NCBI GenBank assembly: GCA_964016885.1
Contig: OZ024741.1
Coordinates: 102,858,001-102,922,000, forward strand
Reading direction: 5' to 3'
Source of the DNA: Eledone cirrhosa
Taxonomy: Eukaryota
DNA: 64,000 nt
The notes beneath the pieces are model-generated. The model searched no databases. It was given only the letters and a program-made list of their open reading frames with translations, and was not told where the DNA came from. The translations under genes were made by a program, and so were the position numbers. The number at the start of each line of letters is the position of its first letter. The first letter of the stretch is position 1. Shown piece after piece: positions 12,626 to 23,531 of the stretch.

Positions 12626-15600
12626 ATGGAGACTAGAACGTCATGTGACAGACTCTCACCCAACAGGTGCCCCCTGGCTCAGCAGCAGGAACCTGACTGT
12701 CAACCAAATACTGCTGATGTTGGAGGAAGAAGAAGAAGGAAAGGGGCCAGAACCAACTGGACGAAAGAATTGAATAGAACTGTTATGCAATGCTACCTGA
12801 AAAGTAACCCCAAGGAGAGGGGCTACAGGAGACGGATGCATAACATCTGGAACGAGATTGGTTTATTTAAATTAGATGAACAAAAATTGGCCGGGCAGGC
12901 TCGGGTAATAAGAACTAATGGGTGGATAAGCGAGCTGGAACTGGAGGAACTGAGCAGAGAGAATGGCTTGGAGATGGCGGGTGTATTATGCCAGACAAGC
13001 GAGCCGGCGGGAAATGAAGGTGAGGAGGTCCTGAGAACGGAGGAACCACCCGAAGCAGACAATGATCTGAATACTGAGATAAATAATACCTGGAACAGAG
13101 ATACGGCCACTGAGGAGATGAATGCTGACGGGCTAGGACAAGATTCGGTTGACATCCTAAATTTAGTGGTAGATGAGTTGAACAATGATAGTGGGAGACC
13201 TATGAACCTAAGATTTGTAGACAGGAAAAAGTTAAAAGAAACAACAGCTAAGGTAAACAAAGTCATCCCATACCTTGAGGCGAGGAGTCTTCACCAGTGC
13301 AACAATATCCTCAAAGCAACAGCAAATACGGTGAGGAAACTACTTGGTATAAAAGCGAGAGGAAACAACAGACAAGAAAGAGCAGAGCCGTGGTGGAAGA
13401 AGCGACTGAGTGGGCAAATCGGGGAAATGAGAAATGACATAGGAAAGCTTGAGTCACTACTGAATGGGACACTAAAAAACATAGGCACTAAAAATAGACT
13501 GGAAATAAAATACAAAACTAGGAGTAAAAAGCTAAATATTATCATAGAGGAATTGAAGCAACGCATTGTAGCAAAGAGTGCCAAAATCAGGCGATACGAG
13601 AACAGAGTCAGTCAGTATAAACAGAACCGCATGTTCGACAACAACCAGAAGATGCTGTTTGGACAGCTTGAGGGGAAAGAAAGAGGCAACGACTTGATCC
13701 CTGGGGCGGAACAAGCTAAAACATTCTGGAGAGGAATATGGGAGCAGGATGTTAGACACAATGCCCAGGCAGGGTGGATTGAGACAGTACAGAGGGAGAT
13801 CGGTGAGCAGGCACAGCAACAGACTGATTTGAGTATCACAGTTGAAACTCTTAAGGGGCAAGCCAAAAAACTAACCAACTGGAAATCACCAGGCCCAGAT
13901 GGTGTGCAGGGGTATTGGATTAAACATTTAACATCCCTCCACCCGAAGCTGACGGCCATGTTCAATGACTGCTTGGTGTCGGGTGAGGTGCCAGAGTGGT
14001 TGACAAAAGGTACCACAGTTCTGATAATGAAAGACCGAATCAAGGGTAATGATGTTACCAACTATAGACCTATCACATGTCTGACGGTAATGTGGAAACT
14101 GTTGACGAGCATTGTGTCTGAGGAAATCTACCATCACCTCCACACAAACAACTTGTTGCCGGACGAACAGAAAGGATGCCGAAAGAAGTCACGTGGTACA
14201 AAGGACCAGTTGCTTATTGATAAGATGGTAATGGGGAATTGCAGGAGGAGACACACTGATCTTGCCTTGGGATGGATAGACTACATAAAGGCATTTGACA
14301 TGGTGCCTCATTCCTGGATCACCAAAAGCCTGGAGATCTTCAGGGTGGCAGATAACATCAGACAGTTGCTGGGCAGGAGTATGGGGTCCTGGGAGACAGA
14401 GTTGACATCAACTGGAGTATCCTTGGGAAGCGTGAATATCAAGAGAGGTATCTTCCAGGGAGATAGCCTGTCCCCTCTGTTGTTTGTCCTTGCCCTGATG
14501 CCCTTGACCATTATGCTGCGAAAAGTGAGAGCAGGATACAAGTTGGGAAGGGGAGAGCTTACCATCAATCACCTCCTCTTCATGGACGATCTTAAGCTCT
14601 TCGGGAAAAGTGAGAAGGAGTTGGATGTGCTTGTTGACACTGTCCGTATTTTCAGCAGTGATATATGTATGCAGTTTGGTATTGGTAAATGTGGAGTCAT
14701 TGTGATGGGGAGGGGTAGGTTGAGCAGAAGTAACGGGATCCAGATACCAACAGGTGAGATGATAAAGGAAATTGACTCTGACGAAGGATACAAGTATTTG
14801 GGCGTTCTGGAGGCTGATGGCATAAAGAACAAAAAAATGAAGGAATTGTTAAGAACTGAATACATTCGGAGAGTAAGGAGCGTATTGAAGTCACATCTGA
14901 ACAGCAGAAATGCCATAAGCGCAGTAAATTCCCGAGCTGTGTCTATTATTAGGTACAGTGCGGGAATTCTGAGATGGAATGTTGCTGAACAAAAAGAAAT
15001 GGATAGGAAGACTAGGAAGCTATTGACTATCTACAACATGTTCCACAAGAGGAGTGATGTCGATAGACTCTACCTAAGGAGATCTGAGGGTGGAAGAGGT
15101 CTTATCAGCATAGAGGACTGTGTTCAGATGGAGAAAAACAACCTATACAAATACGTGACCTATAGTAAGGAGCCAATGCTCAGAGCTGTACTGAAGGAGG
15201 GGACAGTAGGCCAGGGGATACCCAAGGAGGAAATAACATCAAGGAGGAAGAGCAGCCTTAAGGGAAAATCCCTTCATAGTACCTTCTTTGAGAAAACTGA
15301 ATTTAGAGATCCACAGACATGGAACTGGTTGAGAAGAGGAGACCTCAAAAAGGCTACAGAAGGAATGCTAATGGCTGCGCAGGAGCAGGCCCTCAAAACG
15401 AAGTGGTTGAAGCACCATATCTACAAGGAGGAGGCTAGCCCACTGTGCAGGATCTGTGGAGAGAGAGAGGAGACTGTGGCTCACACTGTGTCCGAGTGTA
15501 AACACCTAGCCCAGACCCACTATAAGGGCTGGAGACACGATGTGATGGGCAGGGTGATCCACTGGCACCTGTGCAAAGTAAACAATCTACCACATTCTGA

Positions 15601-16018
15601 GAAATGGTATGAGCATAGGCCAGAGGCGGTGATGGAGAACAGTCAGGTGAAGGTGCTGTGGGATTTTAGGATACAGACGAACAAAAAACTGGAACACAAT
15701 AGACCTGACCTGGTGGTTGTGGACAAAGAAAAAAGATCGTGCCTGATTGTGGATGTGGCCTGCCCGTTCGACACGAGAGTGCAAGAGAAGGAGAGGGAGA
15801 AAATTAACCGATACCAGGACCTAAAGTGGGAGGTGAAAAGGATTTGGAACTGCCATGAAGTCAAAGTGATCCCGATTGTCATAGGCGCACTGGGGACTAT
15901 CTCCAAAGGTTTCCAGGGATGGTTAAAGAAAATCGGCCCCTTCACGCTTTTTGGAACGCTTCAAAAGGCATGCTTGCTTGGAACGGCAAGAACCCTCCGA
16001 TACGTCCTGAATATCTGA
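12626..16018 (+). CDS. RT-RLE polyprotein of R4/Dong-like element (1130 aa, intact)
   Basis: N-terminal Myb-like RTNWTKELN..VMQCY..S.P.ERGYRRRM; RT motifs KSPGPDG, YRPITCL, DYIKAFD, GIFQGDSLSPLLF, FMDD; CCHC CRICGEREETVAHTVSEC; RHD; RPDLVV..D and K...Y of a PD-(D/E)xK restriction-like endonuclease. Confidence 0.95.
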   Translation: METRTSCDRLSPNRCPLAQQQEPDCQPNTADVGGRRRRKGARTNWTKELNRTVMQCYLKSNPKERGYRRRMHNIWNEIGLFKLDEQKLAGQARVIRTNGWISELELEELSRENGLEMAGVLCQTSEPAGNEGEEVLRTEEPPEADNDLNTEINNTWNRDTATEEMNADGLGQDSVDILNLVVDELNNDSGRPMNLRFVDRKKLKETTAKVNKVIPYLEARSLHQCNNILKATANTVRKLLGIKARGNNRQERAEPWWKKRLSGQIGEMRNDIGKLESLLNGTLKNIGTKNRLEIKYKTRSKKLNIIIEELKQRIVAKSAKIRRYENRVSQYKQNRMFDNNQKMLFGQLEGKERGNDLIPGAEQAKTFWRGIWEQDVRHNAQAGWIETVQREIGEQAQQQTDLSITVETLKGQAKKLTNWKSPGPDGVQGYWIKHLTSLHPKLTAMFNDCLVSGEVPEWLTKGTTVLIMKDRIKGNDVTNYRPITCLTVMWKLLTSIVSEEIYHHLHTNNLLPDEQKGCRKKSRGTKDQLLIDKMVMGNCRRRHTDLALGWIDYIKAFDMVPHSWITKSLEIFRVADNIRQLLGRSMGSWETELTSTGVSLGSVNIKRGIFQGDSLSPLLFVLALMPLTIMLRKVRAGYKLGRGELTINHLLFMDDLKLFGKSEKELDVLVDTVRIFSSDICMQFGIGKCGVIVMGRGRLSRSNGIQIPTGEMIKEIDSDEGYKYLGVLEADGIKNKKMKELLRTEYIRRVRSVLKSHLNSRNAISAVNSRAVSIIRYSAGILRWNVAEQKEMDRKTRKLLTIYNMFHKRSDVDRLYLRRSEGGRGLISIEDCVQMEKNNLYKYVTYSKEPMLRAVLKEGTVGQGIPKEEITSRRKSSLKGKSLHSTFFEKTEFRDPQTWNWLRRGDLKKATEGMLMAAQEQALKTKWLKHHIYKEEASPLCRICGEREETVAHTVSECKHLAQTHYKGWRHDVMGRVIHWHLCKVNNLPHSEKWYEHRPEAVMENSQVKVLWDFRIQTNKKLEHNRPDLVVVDKEKRSCLIVDVACPFDTRVQEKEREKINRYQDLKWEVKRIWNCHEVKVIPIVIGALGTISKGFQGWLKKIGPFTLFGTLQKACLLGTARTLRYVLNI

Positions 16019-16104
16019 GGCTGCAGGTAGTGGCTTGATATTCAATCCAACGGACTTTCCAGTTAACCAACATCAATGACTGAGATTCAAGGAATAACAA
16101 TAAC

Positions 16105-16136
<32 letters not shown>

Positions 16137-16138
<2 letters not shown>

Positions 16139-16933
16139 CTGAATTTAGAGATCCACAGACATGGAACTGGTTGAGAAGAGGGACCTCAAAAAGGCTACAG
16201 AAGGAATGCTAATGGCTGCGCAGGAGCAGGCCCTCAAAACGAAGTGGTTGAGGCACCATATTTACAAGGAGGAGGCTAGCCCACTGTGCAGGATCTGTGG
16301 AGAGAGAGAGGAGACTGTGGCTCACATTGTGTCCGAGTGTAAACACCTAGCCCAGACCCACTATAAGGGCTGTAGACACGATGTGATGGGCAGGGTGATC
16401 CACTGGCACCTGTGCAAAGTAAACAATTTACCACATTCTGAGAAATGGTATGAGCATAGGCCAGAGGCGGTGATGGAGAACAATCAGGTGAAGGTGCTGT
16501 GGGATTTTAGGATACAGACGGACAAAAAACTGGAACACAATAGACCTGACCTGGTGGTTGTGGACAAAGAAAAAAGATCGTGTCTGATTGTGGATGTGGC
16601 CTGCCCTTTCGGCACGAGAGTGCAAGAGAAGGAGAGGGAGAAAATTAACCGATACCAGGACCTAAAGTGGGAGGTGAAAAGGATTTGGAACTGCCATGAA
16701 GTCAAAGTGATCCCGATTGTCATAGGCGCACTGGGGACTATCACCAAAAGTTTCCAGGGATGGTTAAAGAAAATCGGCCCCTTCACGCTTTTTGGAACGC
16801 TTCAAAAGGCATGCTTGCTTGGAACAGCAAGAACCCTCCGATACGTCCTGAATATCTGAGGCTGCAGGTAGTGGCTTGATATTCATTCCAACGGACTTTC
16901 CAGTTAACCAACATCAATGACTGAGATTCAAGG
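16137..16933 (+). mobile_element. Dong family A, 5'-truncated copy A2
   Basis: Near-identical to 15295-16092; AAT on both sides. Confidence 0.95.
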
Positions 16934-16974
16934 AATAACAACAACAACAATAATAATAATAATAATAATAATAA

Positions 16975-19900
16975 CACACTAAATATAACAGCCAGATAAC
17001 GGTAATTTCACCACCACCACCACCAATCCCAGCATCATAATAATTATTACTATTATTATTGTCTCAAGTTTTAACAAAATGTTTAATTCCAATTTTACGG
17101 GAATATGTCAACACAATATATATTAAACATACGCGACACAAACTCATAGATACTACATATCACAAAACTCAGTAACGACAACGCCACCGCCGCCACCACC
17201 TCATCCATCATTGCTACCACTATCACATCGCCGCCGCCACCACTCCTTCATTGCAACCACCACTGTTCCCCTGTTAACTTAAGAAAGGGGAAGGTGACGG
17301 TATCACTAGACAAGGGAGAGGCTAGCAAAAGATATAAATAGATTGACTTAGTGACCTGGCCACCGGCCAAACGTCAACAAACTATGGCACTGCTGGCTCC
17401 CCCCTTCCTCACCAGCAATATAAAAAGCCCCAGCACCACCACCGATATAGCCAACAACAATAACAGACAACTTCAGCAAAAAGTATATTATATTATTGTA
17501 ATGCACTGGGTGATTGCTGGCCTTGTGCCTGGAGTGGAGACGGTTATTAATAATTTCATTCGTAAGCGACGTAATGCTCACATTAAGGAACCACTCATGA
17601 TAATAACAATTTAAAAAAAAAACAACAAAAAGAAAACCCCGTGACCAAGAAATACCGGGATGGCGGCCGGCGGGGAATAGCCGTGTCTCTAGGGGAGAAC
17701 GACCCCTCTAGTCTTGGTTGACACTCGTTCTAGAAGTGGTAACACGAAATGATTACCCCTTGGCGGATAAGGATAAAACGCGACAAAATAAAGTAAATGT
17801 CTAATGATAAAATCTCATACCGGATCGGCTGTCATCCGGGTAAAAAAGGGCCGCGTCCCTCAGAGAGGAACCAGACTGGGGTCGAAAAATCAGCTAATGG
17901 TTCAAACCTTCCCATCACTTCGGAGCTGGAGACCTCCCATAACCGGAATACTCCTACTGTTGGCCCTCCATGCTCACCACCAAGAAATCCAAAGAAAAAG
18001 AGAGAAAAATGGTCAAGGGAAGATAATAAAGAAGTCCTTGAGGCTTTCTACACTGCCATGTACTACCCATCAAATACATCGAATACAGAACAGACATATA
18101 TCAACTGGAAAAAGAAACATCCCGAAAACAGAGGCTATATTGACAGTAACAAACTAGCCAATATACGAAGAAATATTGTAAGAAAAAAGTTACTAACTGA
18201 TATAGAAATTGATCAGATCAAGCTATTAGCACAAAGTCAGCGACGGGGAAATGAAACATGTGTCAGTGAAAACGAGGTAAACTGTAACACTTCGAATCCC
18301 AGGGTTGGGGCGGAATCACTGGCAACAGAACAAATTAAAGAAAGGATCGAAAAAGTGGAGCGAGTGCATGCTCAAGATGAAACTCCAAATGAAAATAATG
18401 AGATCGTAAATGATAAAGAAATGAATGAGAATGAACTTGCCAACTTGAAGGATGAAATTATGATCGAATGGATGAAAATGAAAGTATCTGACATGGGGCA
18501 ACGAGACACCCTCCCTAAGATCCAGAACTCCAAACAGAACCAAAAGATAATACACAAGACTAACATAATCTCAAAAACATTATCATCACAAACAAACTAA
18601 ACATTACTGATTTAAATCATCTCTATTATGCAACGGCTAAAGTCACCACTCACTTATGTGGAGTGAAGATGAAAAAACAAAGGAATTCCCACAAGAAATC
18701 TACTTTGAAAGAGAACAGCAATCGCCAAATAAACCTTCTCCGATTTTAACAAACTATAAAGTAGGTGAACATGTTAAACAAACTAAACTTAGAAAATTGA
18801 AAAGAAAGTACAGTATAAAATCAACAAGTGACATAGACATGCTGATAGAAATAATCAAGCAAAAAGTGTCGGCCAAAGCTGCTCGTATAAGGCGCTTTGA
18901 AAAACGATCTAGATTCTATAAGGACAATAATATGTTCAAAAACAACCAAAGAAACTTCTACAGAAAAATTGGTAAGTCAACAATAACTGCTAAATCAATA
19001 CCACCCAAGAACGAAGTACAAGAATTCTGGGCAAAGATCTGGACCGAAGAAAAAGTTCATAAAATACATGCCCCATGGATAGACAGACAAATGAAAGATA
19101 CAGCTCACCTTGAGGAACAAATATGGGAAAATATAACTGTTGAACAGTTGCGCTTGGCTCTAAGAAAAACCAGCAAATGGAAATCCCCAGGAAAAGACAA
19201 AATACAAAACTTTTGGATAAATGCCTTCACAGAGTCTCATGAGCTGTTAGCCCAACTTTACAATGAAATAGTTAAGGAGCCAGAAAAGATACCATCATGG
19301 CTAGTTAACGGCATTACATTCCTGCTTCCGAAGAATGATGAGACAAACAATCCCAAAAATTACAGACCGATAACTTGCTTGACCACAATGTATAAAATGT
19401 TAACATCAGTCCTAACTGAATACACATATGACCACCTGATAACAAATGTCCTATTTCCCATTGAGCAGAAAGGGTGTAAACGAGGCTCATATGGCTGTAA
19501 GGATCAGCTTTTGGTTAACAAAATGATACTGGAAGATTCTCATAATAGACACAAAAATCTATCAATTGCTTGGATAGATTATTAAAAAGCATTCGATAGT
19601 TTGCCACACAGTTGGATTGAAAAATGTTTAGAGATTTTCAAAATATCCCCCGTTGTCAGGAGGTTTTTGTCATTCAGTATGAAGACATGGAAAACTACAC
19701 TCCTTTTGAATAGTGAAACAAAATCACTGGAAGCTGGAGAAGTTAATATTAATTGTGGAATTTTTCAGGGTGACTCTTTATCACCGCTTTTATTCTGCAT
19801 CGCACTTATACCATTAAGTAAAATGCTCAATGAAACAAAACATGGATATAAAGTCTATGACAAAACCATTAATCACTTGTTCTACATGGATGACCTGAAA

Positions 19901-21571
19901 CTATTTGCAAAAAATGATGAACAATTGCAAGGGCTATTATCCACTGTGGAGCAGTTCAGTGATGACATTAAAATGGAGTTTGGACTAGATAAATGCGCCA
20001 AAGCAACGTTTACCAGAGGAAAGCTGCTGAAGAGTTCAGACATTAATCTTGATCGGGGGAACGTGATAAGAGAACTTGATCAAGAAAAAACTTACAAATA
20101 TCTAGGTGTTTGTGAAGGAGACGGAATCAAGCACTCGACAATGAGGGAAGGGATAAGGAAGGAATGTTACCGCAGAGTAAGCGCAATCTTAAGAACGGAA
20201 TTGAATGCAAGGAATAGGATCGATGCCATACGCTTGCCATACCAGTAGTAACCTACAGTTACAATGTCATCAACTGGTCAAGCACAGAGATCCGTAGGCT
20301 CGATACAAAAATTCGAAAATTCTTAACCATGCACAGAATGCATCACCCTAAGGCAGATACAAATAGAATATATCTCCCTAGGAAAGAAGGAGGACGGGGG
20401 TTAATCCAGTAAGACATTGCGTTGAAAACTGCAACAATTGGATTATCTACATATCTAAGCGAATCACATGATTGGATGATCAAACTCGTTTTGAAACACG
20501 AAAGCATCAAAAGATCATACTCCATTACAAAAGATGCACAAAGATACAGTAATGGACTACAAATTTCAGAAGTCCCATTTACTGCTGAAATGGAAAACAG
20601 AAAAAGCAAATCTGGTAAAAGTAACTGCAAAGAAAGAACTGCTACAGAAACTGGCTAAGAAATTGCAAGAAAAGCCTCTGTATGGAAAATACCCAGAGCG
20701 AGCTAACAATCCTGATGTTGACAAAACTTTAACCCATCAGTGGTTAGCATCCTCTGGACTGAACTCGGAGACTGAAGGACTGATTATATCAGCACAAGAT
20801 CAGTGTCTGCCAACAAAAAATTACCAAGCCAACATAATTATAAATGGATGCAGCCCATTATGCCGTGTATGCAAAAAACAACCAGAGACCATTGACCATA
20901 TAATTTCAATGTGCAGTCCTATAGCTCCAACCGAATACCTAAACAGGCATGACAGAGCTGCACAATACATACATTGGATAATGTGTAAGCATTTTGACCT
21001 GCCCCATCAAAAGAATTGGTGGGAGCATCAACCACCTCCCATACTTGAAAAAGATCACATCTCAATCTTGTGGAACTTTAGCATCCAAACAGACCGAAAA
21101 ATAGATGCAAATAGACCTGATATAATATTGAAGGACTTTAAAAAGAGGGTATGCCTGCTAATTGATATGTCTGTTCCAATAGACAAGAATGTATCTATAA
21201 AAACATTTGAAAAATTGAGCAAGAATAAGGACCTGGAGATAGAAATTGGAAAAATGTGGAAACTGAGAACTAAAACAATACCAGTGGTTGTAGGCGCTCT
21301 GGGAATGATACCTAAGGGGTCTAATGATTACTTATCGCAAATCCCAGGAAACCCGCGTACAGGAGAAATACAAAAGATAGTACTAATGGGAACTGCCCAT
21401 ATACTAAGGAAGATTCTGTCAATATAAGTACATCACAAGTCTAAACACTAAAGATGCATGTGTGAATATGTATGTTCTTTCTTGAACATGGCAGACCTTG
21501 TTGTCTCTTGAGGTCACTGGTTGTGACTTGGTGATAACTCGTATGAACATAAAGCAAGATAAATGCAACTG
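16975..21571 (+). mobile_element. Dong family B copy B1 (lacks first ~325 bp; ORF 17797-21427 disrupted)
   Basis: ORF fragments give REKWSREDN, YRPITCL, GIFQGDSLSPLLF, YMDD, CRVC..QPETIDHIISMC, RHD, NRPDII; stops and frameshifts present. Confidence 0.92.
17498..17543 (+). mobile_element. 5'-truncated SINE tail inserted in the B1 leader
   Basis: Matches 1629-1672, is absent at the homologous site in B2 (~50115), and has TTATT on both sides. Confidence 0.85.
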
Positions 21572-21592
21572 TAATAATAATAATAATAATAA

Positions 21593-23179
21593 AACTAACC
21601 AACTGGAAATCACCTGGCCCAGATGGTGTGCAGGGGTATTGGATTAAAAACATAACATCCCTCCACCCGAAACTGACAACCATGTTCAATGACTGCTCGA
21701 TGTCAAGTGAGGTACCAGAGTGGTTGACAAAAGGTACCACAGTTCTGATAATGAAAGACCGAATCAAGGGTAATGATGTTACCAACTATAGACCTATCAC
21801 ATGTCTGTCCGTAATGTGGAAACTGTTGACAAGCATTATGTCTGAGGAAATCTACCATCACCTCCACACAAACAACTTGTTACCGGACGAACAGAAAGGA
21901 TGCCGAAAGAAGTCACGTGGTACAAAGCATCAGTTACTTATTGATAAGATGGTAATGAGGAATTGCAAGAGGAGACACACTGGTCTTGCCATGGGATGGA
22001 TAGACAACAAAAAGGCATTTGACATGGTGCCTCATTCTTGGATCACCAAAAGCCTGGATATCTTCAAGGTGGCAGATAACATCAGGCAGTTGTTGGGCAA
22101 AAGTATGAAGTCCTGGGAAACAGAGTTAACATCAACTGGAGAATCCTTGGGAAGCGTGAAGATCAAGAGAGGTATCTTCCAGGGAGATAGTCTGTCCCCT
22201 CTGTTGTTTGTCCTTGCCCTGATGCCCCTGACCAGTGTACTGCGAAAAGTGAGAGCAGGATACAGGTTGGGAAAGGGAGGGCTTACCATCAATCACCTCC
22301 TCTTCATGGACGATCTTAAGCTCTTCGGGAAGAGTGAGAAGTAATTTGGATGTGCTTGTTGACACTGTCCGTATTTTCAGCAATGGTATATGTATGCAAT
22401 TTGGTATTAGTAAGTGTGGAGTCATTGTGATGAGGAGGGGTAAGTTGAGCAGAAGTAACGGAATCCAGATACCAACAGGTGAGATGATAAAAGAAATTGA
22501 CTCTGAAGAAGGATACAAGTATTTGGGCGTTCTGGAGGCTGATGACATCAAGAACAAAAAAATGAAGGAATTGATAAGAACTGAATACCTTCGGAGAGTA
22601 AGGAGCGTATTAAAGTCACATCTGAACAGTAGGAATGCCATAAGTGCAGTAAATTCCCGAACTGTACATTATTAGGTACAGTGCGGGAATTCTGAGATGG
22701 AATGTTGCTGAACAAAAAGAAATGGATAGGAAGACTAGGAAGCTATTGACTATCTACAATATGTTCCACAAGAGGAGTGATGTCGATAGACTCTACTTAA
22801 GGAGATCTGAGGGTGGAAGAGGTCTTATCAGCATAGAGGACTGTGTTCAGATGGAGAAAAACAACCTACACAAATACGTGACTGATAGTAAGGAGCGAAT
22901 GCTCAGAGCTGTACTGAAGGAGGGGACAATAGGCCAGGGGATGTCCAAGGAGGAAATAACATCAAGGAGAAAGAGCAGCCTTCAGGAAAAATCCCTTCAT
23001 AGTACCTTCTTTGAGAAAACTGAATTTAGAGATCCACAGGCATGGAACTGGTTGAAAAGAGGAGACCTTAAAAAGGCTACAGAAGGAATGTTAATGGCTG
23101 CGCAGGAGCAGGCCCTCAAAACGAAGTGGTGGAAACACCATATTTACAAGGAGGAGGCTAGCCCACTGTGCAGGATCTG

Positions 23180-23270
<91 letters not shown>

Positions 23271-23531
23271 CTGTGGCTTACATAGTATCCGAGTGTAAAC
23301 ACCTAGCCCAGACTCACTATAAGGGCTGGAGACATGATGTGATGGGCAGGGTGATCCACTGGCACCTATGCAAAGTAAACAATTTACCACATTCTGAGAA
23401 GTGGTATGAGCATAAGCCAGAGGCGGAGATAGAAAACGATCAGGTGAATGTGCTGTGGGATTTTAGGATACAGACGGACAAGAAACTGGAACACAATAGA
23501 CCTGACCTGGTGGTTTTGGACAAAGAAACAA
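21593..23531 (+). mobile_element. Dong family A copy A3, 5'-truncated and 3'-deleted
   Basis: Similar to 13869-~15733; frameshifts; (GA)42 expansion at 23182-23265; fused directly to Tx1 a1. Confidence 0.92.

Larger units (their letters stand above)
11240..16092 (+). mobile_element. R4/Dong-like non-LTR retrotransposon, family A, full-length copy A1
   Basis: ~1.4 kb leader, single intact RT-RLE ORF, 74-bp 3' UTR, AAT repeats at both ends. Confidence 0.92.
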
